Positions 9,316-18,478 of a stretch of DNA of 40,986 nucleotides are shown here, in pieces. Every line of letters begins with the position of its first letter. Position 1 is the first letter of the stretch. The notes beneath the pieces were generated by a model, which had not been told where the DNA came from, did not search any database, and was given only the letters and a program-made list of their open reading frames with translations. Both the position numbers and the translations under genes were made by a program. Where the stretch lies: assembly GCA_034005005.1 (NCBI GenBank), contig JAVEVO010000055.1, positions 1 through 40,986 on the forward strand. Reading direction: 5' to 3'. The stretch comes from Myxococcota bacterium. GTDB lineage: Bacteria > Myxococcota_A > JAVEVO01.

Positions 9316-10391
9316 CCTGCACCGCCGGACGCGGCGGGACCGAGCGCGCCCCAGGAGGTGAGCAACTCCGGCAGGGGGCGGTCGGGATCGGTGCCCAGCT
9401 CGATGCCGGCCAGCTCGGACGTGGCCTGCAGCCGGGTGCGCCAGCGGCCCAGCCGAGTCCGCTCCTCGAGGGTCAGCGCGACGTGGCCGGTGAGGGTCTC
9501 CCGGTTGCAGAACAGCCCGCCCGTGGGCTTGGGCAGGTCGATGGGGAAGTAGCTGCCGGGCGCGGCGGTGGCGAGCAGCGAGATCCGCCGGGTCGGCCCG
9601 GTGGCCTCCACCCGCCAGCCCCCGGGCACTGCCTCGAGGCGGGTGCGGTGCAGGTGGATGGTCCGCAACGCGTGGACCTCGCCGGCATGCCGCACGCCGA
9701 GGCAGACCACCGGCTCCCCCTCGAAGCGGCAGAACAGGGCCGGCAGGCCCCCACCCACCACCAGGGCGGTGCCGGGGTGGCCCGCAAAGGCGTTGCACGC
9801 GATCCAGAGCCACCAGCGCGGGAAGAAGCGGCCCCAGTTGTGGTCGTGGTAGCCGGGTGCACCCGCCAGGCGCAGCTCCCCGCCGTCGGCCACGACCGTC
9901 CCGGTCAGGGAGAGGTCCGCGCCCCCCGGGTGCCAGTGGATGTTGGAGATCCCCGGGAAGAGCGGCACCCAGCTCGTGGCGTGAAAAGACCAGTGATTCT
10001 CGATGGATAGATCCCAGGAGACGGCATGGCCGCCCGCCTGGAGCCTTCCCTGGAGACGCTCCGGCGTCGCCTGGCAGCCGTCGATCCGCACGGCGGTCGT
10101 CGTGCGGGACGCGGCGAACTCGGCCGGCGGCAGGGGCCGGGTGACGAAGATCCCGCGCCGGGGCCAGCCGAAGGTGACGAAGGCCTGGCTCGCGGGCCAC
10201 TGGCGCTGCTCGTCGCCCGGATTCACGACCCCGTAGGCGAGGTAGAACGCGTCGCCCGTGGCCGGTACGACCCCTTTGTAGTACCACCACTCGAACCAGG
10301 GCGCGGGGGAGCTGTCCGGTCCCTGTCGACCCTGGAAGCCGTCGAGCCGACCCAGCCCGGGGAACGCTGCCCGACTGACCCGTGCGCTCAC
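9312..10391 (-). CDS. CrtC/AttH-like (hydroxyneurosporene synthase family) lipocalin-fold hydratase, tentative
   Basis: 359-aa Trp-rich ORF with an APWFEWWYYKG motif resembling the EWWY signature I remember for the CrtC/AttH family, plus an HDHNWGRFFPRWWLW block. It is first in the operon and has a 395-bp upstream intergenic region. Confidence 0.5.
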   Translation of the reverse strand: MSARVSRAAFPGLGRLDGFQGRQGPDSSPAPWFEWWYYKGVVPATGDAFYLAYGVVNPGDEQRQWPASQAFVTFGWPRRGIFVTRPLPPAEFAASRTTTAVRIDGCQATPERLQGRLQAGGHAVSWDLSIENHWSFHATSWVPLFPGISNIHWHPGGADLSLTGTVVADGGELRLAGAPGYHDHNWGRFFPRWWLWIACNAFAGHPGTALVVGGGLPALFCRFEGEPVVCLGVRHAGEVHALRTIHLHRTRLEAVPGGWRVEATGPTRRISLLATAAPGSYFPIDLPKPTGGLFCNRETLTGHVALTLEERTRLGRWRTRLQATSELAGIELGTDPDRPLPELLTSWGALGPAASGGAG

Positions 10392-10711
10392 CTCGTCTCT
10401 CCCGCCCGGCCTGGTCCGTTGCCTCCCTCGCCATTTAGGCGGCCGCGGCGGAGGGTGTCAAGGGACGGCGGGGCGCGGTCGCGTCAGCCGGCGCGGCACT
10501 CCCCGAGGAAGGTTTCCAGGTCGGCCAGGCTGCACCGCACCAGCACCTGCTCGCCGGGCTGCAGCCGGACGCCCGTGGCCCAGGTGGCGACTCTCCTGGC
10601 CAGGGCCGGGAGCACGACACGGCTGTCCTGCTCGCTCGCGCGAGGCCTACCCCGCAGCCTCGCAGGCTCCTGGTTCGTCGACCTTTTCAGACTGGGCATC
10701 GATGTTGCATA

Positions 10712-10737
10712 AAGTAACACCTGGTTTGCTGCCTGCT
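10712..10737 (+). promoter_or_regulatory. candidate sigma-54-type -24/-12 promoter (TGG-N9-TGC) in an AT-rich island
   Basis: The sequence gcataaagtaacaccTGGtttgctgccTGCtgcc lies about 50-75 bp upstream of the 10787 start. GG and GC are spaced 12 nt apart as in TGGCAC-N5-TTGC. The upstream sequence is unusually AT-rich for this DNA. This is a weak, pattern-only call. Confidence 0.2.
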
Positions 10738-10786
10738 GCCAGCCGTCCCGTGGGGGCTGGCCCGCTGTCGGGGTCGTGATCCAGCG

Positions 10787-12499
10787 ATGTCCGCCACTGC
10801 ACCACCCACCATCGGTCACCCCGCGCCCGGTCCCCGCCCCGCGGCCTGGGACCGACTGGTCGCTCGCTGGCGCCGTGGGCCTGGGCCTTCGTGGCTGCTG
10901 CCGGCCCTGGCGGTCCTCCTGGGGGTGGGCTGGGCGAGCAGCCAGCTCGGGAGCTTCCAGTACGCGGTCGACGACGCGTTCATCACCTTCTCGTTCTCCG
11001 AGAACCTGGCCGCGGGCGACGGCCCGCTGTTCGCGGCGGATCAGCGGGTGGAGGGCTACTCCAACTTCCTCTGGGTGGTGCTGGTCGCGCTCCCCCTGAC
11101 CGTCGCCCCCGAGCTGTCGCCCCTGCTGGTCGCGCGCTGGCTGTGCCTCCCGTTCGCCCTGCTGCTGAGCGCGGCGCTGTGGACGCTGGTCCGGCGGCTG
11201 AGCGGCTCCCGGGTCGCGGCCCTGGCCGCGCTCTTCCTGCTCGGCGGCACCTCCTCCCTGGCCCTGGCTTGTTTGTCTGGACTGGAAACCTACGCCTTCA
11301 CTGCGCTGGTCACCGCGGGCGTCGGGCTGCACCTGCTCTCCCGGCAGGACTCCCGCTGGGCCGTCGTCGCCCCGTGGCTGCTGCTCGCGGCCGCGCTGAC
11401 CCGGTTCGACGGGCTGCTCCCCTACCTGGTGCTGGGGGGCTGGGAGGCCGGGCGCGCGTGGCGCGGGGACCGGTCGGCCCGCCGGACCTTCCTGAAGCGC
11501 TGGGGCCCGCCCCTGGTGGTGTTCGCCGCGTGGTTCGCCTGGCGCTGGAGCTACTACGGGCTGCCGCTGCCGAGCACCGTGTACGCCAAGTCCCTGATCC
11601 CCCGGCTCCTGCCGACCCGGGGGCTGCAGTACGTCCTCCAGGAGCTCGCGGGCTCGGGGCTCCTCTTCGCGCTGGTGCCGGCGGGGCTCCTGCTGGCCTG
11701 GCGTCGCCCGGAGACCCGCCCCCTGCTCCTCTTCCTCGTCATCGACCTGGCCTATGTGGCCGCAGCGGGCGGCGACTGGATGCCCTTCGGGCGCTTCGTG
11801 CTCCCCGTGGTGCCCCTCGCGCTGGCCGTGGTCGTGCTCGGGGCGGCCGAGCTCGTCGCGGCCGGCCGGCGCGCTTCCCTGCCACTGGCGGTGCGGGTCG
11901 CGGGCTGGGGGCTGCTGGCCGCGGGGCTGCTCGGGCTCTGGCTGCAGCTCGACCACCGCTGGGTCAACGACCGCGACGAGCAGCGCAAGCTGGCCGCGGC
12001 CCGGCGGGAGCAAGCCCACGTCGAGAGCCTGCAGCAGGCCGCGGCCTGGCTCGACGAGGTGATCCCCCCGGGGGGGCGGCTGGTCACCGACTATGCGGGC
12101 GTCTTCGCGGTCGACACCGACGCCTACGTCATCGACACCTGGGGCCTGTGTACGCCCGAGGTCGCCTTGCGGGGCGACACGCGCGGCATCAACCCGATCT
12201 ACGGCAAGACCTGCCCGGCCTGCCTCGCCAGGCTCGCGCCGGAGTACTTCCACGTGCAGCAGCCCCTCATCCGCCAGGCCACGGCCTTCCGCTCCCCGGT
12301 CGAGGTCGTCGCGGCGGTCTTCCAGTACCGCCGGATCAGCCAATACATCGATCTAAAAAAGGATTTCATCGTCGGTCGAGTGCGCCAGCCCGCCACGGAC
12401 CGGGCCGCCTACTTCCTGGAGCGGCGGCGGCCGGGCCGCCAGTACCAGCCCCATCGGCTCTCCTCGGGCCGGCTCCTGGAGTATCCGTTCTCCCGCTGA
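10787..12499 (+). CDS. GT-C fold membrane glycosyltransferase-like protein (ArnT/PMT/arabinosyltransferase-like)
   Basis: 570 aa with 10 or more hydrophobic helices. An acidic motif (YAVDDAFITFSF) sits in the first loop as in GT-C enzymes, and there is a C-terminal soluble domain. It is transcribed divergently from the tailoring operon. Confidence 0.55.
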   Translation: MSATAPPTIGHPAPGPRPAAWDRLVARWRRGPGPSWLLPALAVLLGVGWASSQLGSFQYAVDDAFITFSFSENLAAGDGPLFAADQRVEGYSNFLWVVLVALPLTVAPELSPLLVARWLCLPFALLLSAALWTLVRRLSGSRVAALAALFLLGGTSSLALACLSGLETYAFTALVTAGVGLHLLSRQDSRWAVVAPWLLLAAALTRFDGLLPYLVLGGWEAGRAWRGDRSARRTFLKRWGPPLVVFAAWFAWRWSYYGLPLPSTVYAKSLIPRLLPTRGLQYVLQELAGSGLLFALVPAGLLLAWRRPETRPLLLFLVIDLAYVAAAGGDWMPFGRFVLPVVPLALAVVVLGAAELVAAGRRASLPLAVRVAGWGLLAAGLLGLWLQLDHRWVNDRDEQRKLAAARREQAHVESLQQAAAWLDEVIPPGGRLVTDYAGVFAVDTDAYVIDTWGLCTPEVALRGDTRGINPIYGKTCPACLARLAPEYFHVQQPLIRQATAFRSPVEVVAAVFQYRRISQYIDLKKDFIVGRVRQPATDRAAYFLERRRPGRQYQPHRLSSGRLLEYPFSR

Positions 12500-12599
12500 G
12501 CCGCTGGCGGCGAGCTGCCGGGGGGGGCCGGTTGTCGGCTGCCGAGGCCTCTGCTACGAATGGGCGGGGATTCCCCCGCTCGGGAGCCGGAGGTCGTCG

Positions 12600-13844
12600 A
12601 TGCCCCGCTGCACTCACCGTCGCTGGTCGCCCCTGGGCCTGCTGCCGCTGTCGCTCGTGCCCGCGCTCCTCCTCGCCGCGCCGGCCCGGGCCGGCCAGCC
12701 CGCTCCCGGGGGCGGGGAGGCCGGGGAGGCGGCCGCACCTCCGGCGGGCGACCCGCAGCGGCTGTTCGTCGCCCCGATCCGGGGGAGCAAGGGTCTCGAG
12801 GAGCCCGCGCGGCTGCTCGGCGAGGCCTTGAAGAGCGCCCTGTTGGGCACCGGCCGGTTCACCTTCTCCTCGGACGGCGAGCTCGACCGGCAGATCGACG
12901 AGGCCGTCCGGGCCTGCGCCTCCGACAAGATCGAGGACGCCTGTGGCGTGCGGCTCGGCGGCGGCAAGGGCGCGCGCAAGCTGGTCTCCGGACGGCTCGA
13001 GCCGGAGCCGGGTGGTCCCGCAGCCAAGCCGGCCCGGGGCGGCCCCGCGGCGAGCCTCCCGGCCCGTCGCTGCTACCTCACCCTGGCCCTCGTCGACCTG
13101 GAGACGCGCCAGGAGGAGCGCCGTGCGTTCGAGGCCACGGGCTGCCAGACCGCGGAGCTGCTCGCCACGGTGCCGCGGCTCGCGGCCAGCCTCGCGGGGC
13201 TCGCGCCGGCGACTCCGGCGGCGACCACCCCTCCCGGGGAGGCCGCGCCGCCAGCGGCTCCGCCGACGGGCGACGCCATCACCCTGAAGACCTACGTGCT
13301 CTGCCGCCGGCCGGTCCCGGGGGGGCCGGCGCGGGAGCTCCCCGAGTGCGTCGACCAGATCCTGCACGCCCGGGACCAGGTGAAGGTCGCGATCGAGGCG
13401 GATCAGCCGGTCTACGTCTACGTCCTCAATCACAACGAGACCGGGCAGTTCCAGGTCTTGCTCCCCGAGGTGGGCGCGGTGAACCTGATCCCGCCCGGGG
13501 GGCTGGTCATGCTCCCGCCGGGCGACGCCTGGCTCGAGCTGGACGAGCAGGCGGGAGTCACCGAGCGCCTGCAGGTCGTGGCCTCGGTCTCGCCGCTGCT
13601 CGAGCTGGAGCGGCTGCGGGGCGTGGAGATCCCCGCGGGCGGCACTCCCGCGCAGCAGCAGGCCGCGACCCAGGCGCGGGGGATGCTCGAGGGGTTCACC
13701 GCCCGGGGCCTCTCCCTGAAGAAGGGCTCGGCCGGTGCCGCGCCCGCCAAGGTCGCGATCGGCGACGAACTCGTCTCGGCCTTGCCCCTGATCGCCAAGC
13801 GGCCGGGGGTCGCGGTCATCGAGTTCCCGCTGCAGCACCGCTAG
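12600..13844 (+). CDS. secreted hypothetical protein, DUF4384-like C-terminal domain
   Basis: Signal peptide MPRCTHRRWSPLGLLPLSLVPALLLAAPARA. The C-terminal block QPVYVYVLNHNETGQFQVLLPEVGAVNLIPPGG...AWLELDEQAGVTERLQVVAS resembles DUF4384. Confidence 0.55.
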   Translation: MPRCTHRRWSPLGLLPLSLVPALLLAAPARAGQPAPGGGEAGEAAAPPAGDPQRLFVAPIRGSKGLEEPARLLGEALKSALLGTGRFTFSSDGELDRQIDEAVRACASDKIEDACGVRLGGGKGARKLVSGRLEPEPGGPAAKPARGGPAASLPARRCYLTLALVDLETRQEERRAFEATGCQTAELLATVPRLAASLAGLAPATPAATTPPGEAAPPAAPPTGDAITLKTYVLCRRPVPGGPARELPECVDQILHARDQVKVAIEADQPVYVYVLNHNETGQFQVLLPEVGAVNLIPPGGLVMLPPGDAWLELDEQAGVTERLQVVASVSPLLELERLRGVEIPAGGTPAQQQAATQARGMLEGFTARGLSLKKGSAGAAPAKVAIGDELVSALPLIAKRPGVAVIEFPLQHR

Positions 13845-13951
13845 GTCTCGTCCGGCGAGAGGCCGCCGGTCCGGGCGGGGGGCCCGGGCTGGCCCCCTGC
13901 CGACCGGGAGAGCGGGCGCGTCCGTGGCGCGGGCGGCAAAAGGAGGGTCGG

Positions 13952-14218
13952 ATGGCCGTTGGCTGGGCTCGGGACGGAGCCGTCCAGGAGCAGATCGACG
14001 CGAGCGTGGAGAGCGAGGTCTCCCGCGCCCGCAGCCGCCTCACCCGGGGCGAGAGCCTCTTGCGCTGCGAGGAGTGCGACGAGGAGATCCCCGAAGCGCG
14101 CCGCCAGGCCGTGCCCGGGGTGCGGCGGTGTGTCCGCTGCCAGGCGGAGGAGGATGCGCAGCACCAGGCGCGCAGCCTCTACAACCGGCGCGGCAGCAAG
14201 GACAGCCAGCTCCGGTAG
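13952..14218 (+). CDS. TraR/DksA family C4-type zinc-finger protein
   Basis: 88 aa containing CEECDEEIPEARRQAVPGVRRCVRCQ (CxxC-N17-CxxC) preceded by a helical region, the classic DksA/TraR layout. The ATG at 13952 is in frame within ORF 12560..14218. Confidence 0.7.
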   Translation: MAVGWARDGAVQEQIDASVESEVSRARSRLTRGESLLRCEECDEEIPEARRQAVPGVRRCVRCQAEEDAQHQARSLYNRRGSKDSQLR

Positions 14219-14334
14219 CGGCGCGACGGCCGCCCGGCCCCCGGGGTGTTGCCCAGCCCCCCAGGAAGCTGCTAGACACGCTCCAGGAGAGCGAAGGAGG
14301 CGGCGGTGTCCGCTGGCCTGCCGAGGAGATCGCC

Positions 14335-16125
14335 ATGACCACCTCTTCCCGAGGAGCTCCGCCGCACCCGGAGGATACGGAGGCCCGGCTCGGGCCAGGC
14401 CTCGCCGAGGACCAGCCGGCGGGGGACGCCGGCGGGGTCCCGGACGCCCCCTCCGTGGACTCCCTCCCGGACGAGCCGGAGGCCCTCTCCGCGTTCCCCA
14501 CGGCGGTGCTGCCCCCGGAGAAGAACCCCGCGCAGGAGAACGTCTGGGACGTGGGCGGCGTCATCGCCGGACGCTATCGGCTCGTCCAGACCCTCGGCAA
14601 GGGGGGGATGGGCGCGGTGATCCTCGCCGAGGACCTCTTCCTCCGCCGGCAGGTCGCGCTCAAGACCATGCACCCCGAGCTCGCCCGCAACCCGGCGGCG
14701 CTCAACGCCTTCCGCCAGGAGGTGGCCCTCGCCCACGCGGTGAACCACCCCAACCTGGCGCGCACCTTCGACCTCGGCCAGGCGGCCGGCGTCACCTTCA
14801 TCACCATGGAGTACCTCCCTGGCGAGTCCCTCAAGCAGCGGCTGCAGCGCGAGGGCCCCCTGCCCTTGCGGGAGGCCCTGCGCCTCGGGACGGATGTCGC
14901 CCAGGCGATGTACGCCTCCCACCTCGCGGGGGTCGTGCACCGCGACCTCAAGCCGGCCAACGTCCAGCTCACCCCGGACCGGGGGGCGGTGGTCATGGAC
15001 TTCGGCCTCGCCGCGGGCACGGAGCACAAACCCCTGCCCCGGGTCGTGGCCGCGGCCCGCTCGGAGTACATCCAGCCCTCCAGCTCGAGCGCGGGCACCC
15101 CGACCTACATGGCGCCGGAGCAGTGGCGCGGCGAGCCCCAGGGGCCGGCCACCGACGTCTACGCCTTCGGCTGCATCCTCTTCGAGATGCTCAGCGGTCG
15201 CTCCCCCTTCCTGGCCCAGAACCGGCACGCGATGCGCGCCGCCCACCTCGAGGCGCGGCCGCCTGCAGTCCGCACCCTGCGCCCCGAGGCTCCCGCCGCG
15301 CTCGAGAAGCTGATCCTCCAGTGCCTCGAGAAGGACCCGGCCCGGCGCCCCTCCTCCATGTACGAGGTGGCCCGGCGGCTCGCACCGAGCAGCGTGGTGC
15401 CTCACTTCGTCACGGCCGGCATGGCCCTGGCCGCCTCCCTGGTGCTGCTGCTCGCCGGCTGGGGGCTGTGGACCGTGGCCAAGAGCCTGCTGATCTCCCA
15501 GATGCAGCCCGCGGCCATGTGCCTGGCCGAGCGGGTCGCCGCCGCGATGGACCGGGAGCACCTCGACGCGATCCGCAGCCCCCGGGACATCGACACGCCG
15601 GGGTTCCAGAGCAGCGTCGCGGCCATGCACCGGCTCCGGGAGCAGTACCCGGTGATCCGCTACGCGTACACCATGCGCATGGTCCGGCCGCCCGCCGGCT
15701 GGGAGTTCGTGGTCGACGCCGACCCGCTGGACCACGATCTGAACGGGGACGGCGTGCTGGTCGAGGACGAGAAGGGCTCTCCCCCGGGCCTGGTCTACAA
15801 CGGCCTGGGGTACCCGGGGCTGCTGCGGGCCTACCAGCAGCGGCGGACGGCCGCGGAGCCGGATATCCGCATCGACGACTGGGGCATCTTCTTCTCCGCG
15901 TACGCGCCGGTCGCCGCGCGACCAGGCAAGGACGCGGCCGAGACCTTCTACCTGGCCGGTGTGGACCTCTACAACAGCCCGCTCGTGCGGCTGCGGCTGG
16001 TGATCCAGGTGGTCTTCACCCTGCTCGCCGTGGGGGCCGCGGCGGCCATCGTCGTGCTCCGCTGGCGGCAGCGCCGTGAGCTCATGGTCGGCTCGGTGCG
16101 GGCGCCGCAGGCTCCGCGAGCCTGA
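14335..16125 (+). CDS. serine/threonine protein kinase with TM segment and C-terminal extracytoplasmic sensor-like domain
   Basis: Kinase subdomains are present: GKGGMGAV (G-loop), ALK (VAIK Lys), HRDLKPANV, MDFGLA, GTPTYMAPE. A TM helix VTAGMALAASLVLLLAGWGLW follows. A second TM sits near the C-terminus. The ATG at 14335 has GAGGA 8 nt upstream. Confidence 0.85.
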   Translation: MTTSSRGAPPHPEDTEARLGPGLAEDQPAGDAGGVPDAPSVDSLPDEPEALSAFPTAVLPPEKNPAQENVWDVGGVIAGRYRLVQTLGKGGMGAVILAEDLFLRRQVALKTMHPELARNPAALNAFRQEVALAHAVNHPNLARTFDLGQAAGVTFITMEYLPGESLKQRLQREGPLPLREALRLGTDVAQAMYASHLAGVVHRDLKPANVQLTPDRGAVVMDFGLAAGTEHKPLPRVVAAARSEYIQPSSSSAGTPTYMAPEQWRGEPQGPATDVYAFGCILFEMLSGRSPFLAQNRHAMRAAHLEARPPAVRTLRPEAPAALEKLILQCLEKDPARRPSSMYEVARRLAPSSVVPHFVTAGMALAASLVLLLAGWGLWTVAKSLLISQMQPAAMCLAERVAAAMDREHLDAIRSPRDIDTPGFQSSVAAMHRLREQYPVIRYAYTMRMVRPPAGWEFVVDADPLDHDLNGDGVLVEDEKGSPPGLVYNGLGYPGLLRAYQQRRTAAEPDIRIDDWGIFFSAYAPVAARPGKDAAETFYLAGVDLYNSPLVRLRLVIQVVFTLLAVGAAAAIVVLRWRQRRELMVGSVRAPQAPRA

Positions 16126-18331
16126 CCCCGCCGAAGCGGAGCTTGCCGTCGGGGCCCTTCTCCCAGTTCAGGATCAGCTCCCCGGCCAGGGTGTCCACCT
16201 GGAGCTCGAAGCCGTCCGATTTCAGCCCGTCCTTGCCGACCACGAGGGGCCCCCCGGCCCCCTTGCCCGAGACCCCCTTGAACGTCAGGTTGATCGCCCG
16301 ACCGTCGATGGTGTTCTCGTCGGGGGTCAGCACCGTGTCGCCCTGGGCCAGCCGGAACACCGGCCGGAGCACCGACAGCAGCCGGGGCAGGGAGATCTGC
16401 ACGTCGCCCCGCTTCATCCCGAGCAGGGTCGCGCCCTCGACCTTGACCGAGCTCTGGGTCTGCAGCTCCTGGGTCAGGCTCTGCACCAGCCCCTGCCAGA
16501 CCCCCGCCGAGGGCGGGGCCGCGGGGACGGCGGTGGCCGCGGGCTGGCCGTAGCGCTGGGCGCGTCGCTCGCGGAAGGCCTCGGCCTCGGCCAGCTTGTA
16601 CTCCTCGCTGTCCACCCAGACCACGGCCTCGTCCGCGACCAGGATCGCCCGGAGCCGGACCACGTCGTCGATCCCCTTCTGCTCGCCGTGCAGGTCGAGG
16701 TGCATCTCGATCCCGTCGAAGGTCGTCGTCTCCCGGGCGACGACCGAGGGCTCCGTGCGTACAGCGAAAGTCTCATAATCGTCGGGGTGCATGTCCGTGA
16801 ACTGGGCACAAAGGACCAAAGTGGCGTTGTGCAGGGTCTTGTTGCTGCGGTTGCGCACCTTCACGTCGAGCTCCTCGCCGATGAGCTTGTCGCTCACCAG
16901 CAGGTCGAGCCAGGTGTCCTCGGGGAAGATCAGCCGGTAGTGCTCGCCGAGGAGCTGCTCGCAGAAGCGGAGGTCCGAGAGGATCAGGTCCCACTGCTTC
17001 TGGGCGCGGCGCCGGGCGAAGTGATCGAGCACCCGGCTGCGGCCCTTCGCGACGTCGCCCGCGAGGAAGGCCTGGCGTGCGAGCTGCAGCTCCGGCGAGA
17101 ACCAGCCTGCGCCCAGCATCGTGCCCTTGTAGAGGTCGAGGATGAAGCCGCCCTCCCGGGATTTGCGCAAGAAGGCCCGGGCCTTGTAGGGGTCGAGCAT
17201 GTCCTGCAGCTCGGTCGCCTGGCGCGGGAAGTAGGTCGCGGCTTGCTCCAGGCTGAGGCGGGCCTCCCCCGGCCGGCCTTCCCGCTCGTGCCAGATCCCG
17301 AGCAGCAGCAAGGCGGGGGCGCTGCTCGCCGGGTGCCGCCGGAGGTAGTCCTCGAGCACCGCGGGGACCTGGGCGAGGCCCGGGGTGCTGCCCTGGGGGA
17401 GGTCGAGCTGGGCCGGGCGCGGTGACTCGAGCAGGGACCAGGCCAGCAGCAGGTGGGCTTCGCGGTCGTAGGGCGCCAGCCGGATCGCCTCCTCGGCGGC
17501 GTTGCGGGCCGCCTGCCAGTCGCCCGCGTGGGCCGCGAGGTACGCCCGGTCGCGCAGCAGGCAGAGCCGGTCCCACTCCTTGGTGTAGCGCTGGAAGACC
17601 TCGGAGTGGCGCAGGAGCTGGTCCACCAGCTCGGTCTCCAGGCTGTGGATCGCACGCCGCAGCTCGGCCCGCTGGCCGACGCGCTGGGTCATCTCGTCGA
17701 GGGCCTTGCGCGCCTGGGCCCGGTCGAGCTGGACGTCGAACAGCCCCTGGATCTGGGCCGAGCCCTCGGTGGTGCTGAGCACGGTGAACACCGGCAGCAG
17801 GTAGCGGGAGAAGGCCCACAAGGCCTCCTGGTCCTCGGCCTCGGTCTGGCGGCCGTAGAGCTTCATCAGCAGCTCGAGGATCCCCTTGCGCGCCTCCAGC
17901 ACCTCGGGCGCCACTCCCTGGTAGTCCTGCCGGGAGAGGTAGATCAGGTAATCCTTGAGGGAGCCTTGTCGGCTGAGCGCGCCGTCGATCTCGTGGAGCA
18001 CGCGCATGGTCTTGTCGATGTCGTAGGCCGGCAGCGGGGGGGCGGCGGGGCCGGCCGGCGTGGCGCTGCCCGCGGTCGCGCCGGTGCCGGCGGTCGCGGC
18101 GGCCGCGAGCTGGTTCAGCGCGGGCGCGAAGGTCTCCCGGGCGGCCTGCTCCTGGCGCTCCCGGGCCCGGCTCTGCTGGACGCGCTGCGCCACCAGCCCG
18201 GCTGCGATCAGGACCACGAGGCCCGCGGCGAAAATGCCGCAGCCGAGCTTGCGGCGGCGGGCCCGCTGCGCGGGGGTGGGAGCCGCCGCGCTCACGGGAG
18301 CGGCGGGGGGATCGGTCGTGTTGTCGGTCAT
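16082..18331 (-). CDS. membrane-anchored TPR-like repeat protein, hypothetical
   Basis: The ATG at 18331 is in frame. An N-terminal TM helix (LGCGIFAAGLVVLIAAGLV) is followed by an Ala/Thr-rich linker and helical repeat regions (AGDWQAARNAAEEAIRLAPYDREAHLLLAWSLLE). Composition is realistic. The 3' end overlaps the convergent kinase gene by 44 nt. Confidence 0.6.
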   Translation of the reverse strand: MTDNTTDPPAAPVSAAAPTPAQRARRRKLGCGIFAAGLVVLIAAGLVAQRVQQSRARERQEQAARETFAPALNQLAAAATAGTGATAGSATPAGPAAPPLPAYDIDKTMRVLHEIDGALSRQGSLKDYLIYLSRQDYQGVAPEVLEARKGILELLMKLYGRQTEAEDQEALWAFSRYLLPVFTVLSTTEGSAQIQGLFDVQLDRAQARKALDEMTQRVGQRAELRRAIHSLETELVDQLLRHSEVFQRYTKEWDRLCLLRDRAYLAAHAGDWQAARNAAEEAIRLAPYDREAHLLLAWSLLESPRPAQLDLPQGSTPGLAQVPAVLEDYLRRHPASSAPALLLLGIWHEREGRPGEARLSLEQAATYFPRQATELQDMLDPYKARAFLRKSREGGFILDLYKGTMLGAGWFSPELQLARQAFLAGDVAKGRSRVLDHFARRRAQKQWDLILSDLRFCEQLLGEHYRLIFPEDTWLDLLVSDKLIGEELDVKVRNRSNKTLHNATLVLCAQFTDMHPDDYETFAVRTEPSVVARETTTFDGIEMHLDLHGEQKGIDDVVRLRAILVADEAVVWVDSEEYKLAEAEAFRERRAQRYGQPAATAVPAAPPSAGVWQGLVQSLTQELQTQSSVKVEGATLLGMKRGDVQISLPRLLSVLRPVFRLAQGDTVLTPDENTIDGRAINLTFKGVSGKGAGGPLVVGKDGLKSDGFELQVDTLAGELILNWEKGPDGKLRFGGVRLAEPAAPAPSRP

Positions 18332-18478
18332 CGGCTGGTCCTGGTCGCCTGGGTCGTGGTCATGGCCGTCACGGGGAGGATGGCATGGCCGCGCGGGGGT
18401 GTCCAGGGCGGGAGATTGACCCGCTGCGGGGGGCGTGCCATCTTGGGGCGGTTCACCCTGCTCGGAGCGAGCGCCGCG

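Noticed and set aside
4063-16079. Many long shadow ORFs (e.g. 4063..5916 +, 5682..6947 +, 7254..8351 +, 7853..9322 -, 8047..9552 +, 10484..12343 -, 10891..12831 +, 12366..13838 -, 13959..16079 +, 14272..15735 -)
   Set aside because: They are typical GC-rich genome shadow ORFs with extreme Arg/Gly/Pro/Ala content and long R-G or P-G runs and no domain motifs. Each overlaps a better-supported gene in another frame or strand.
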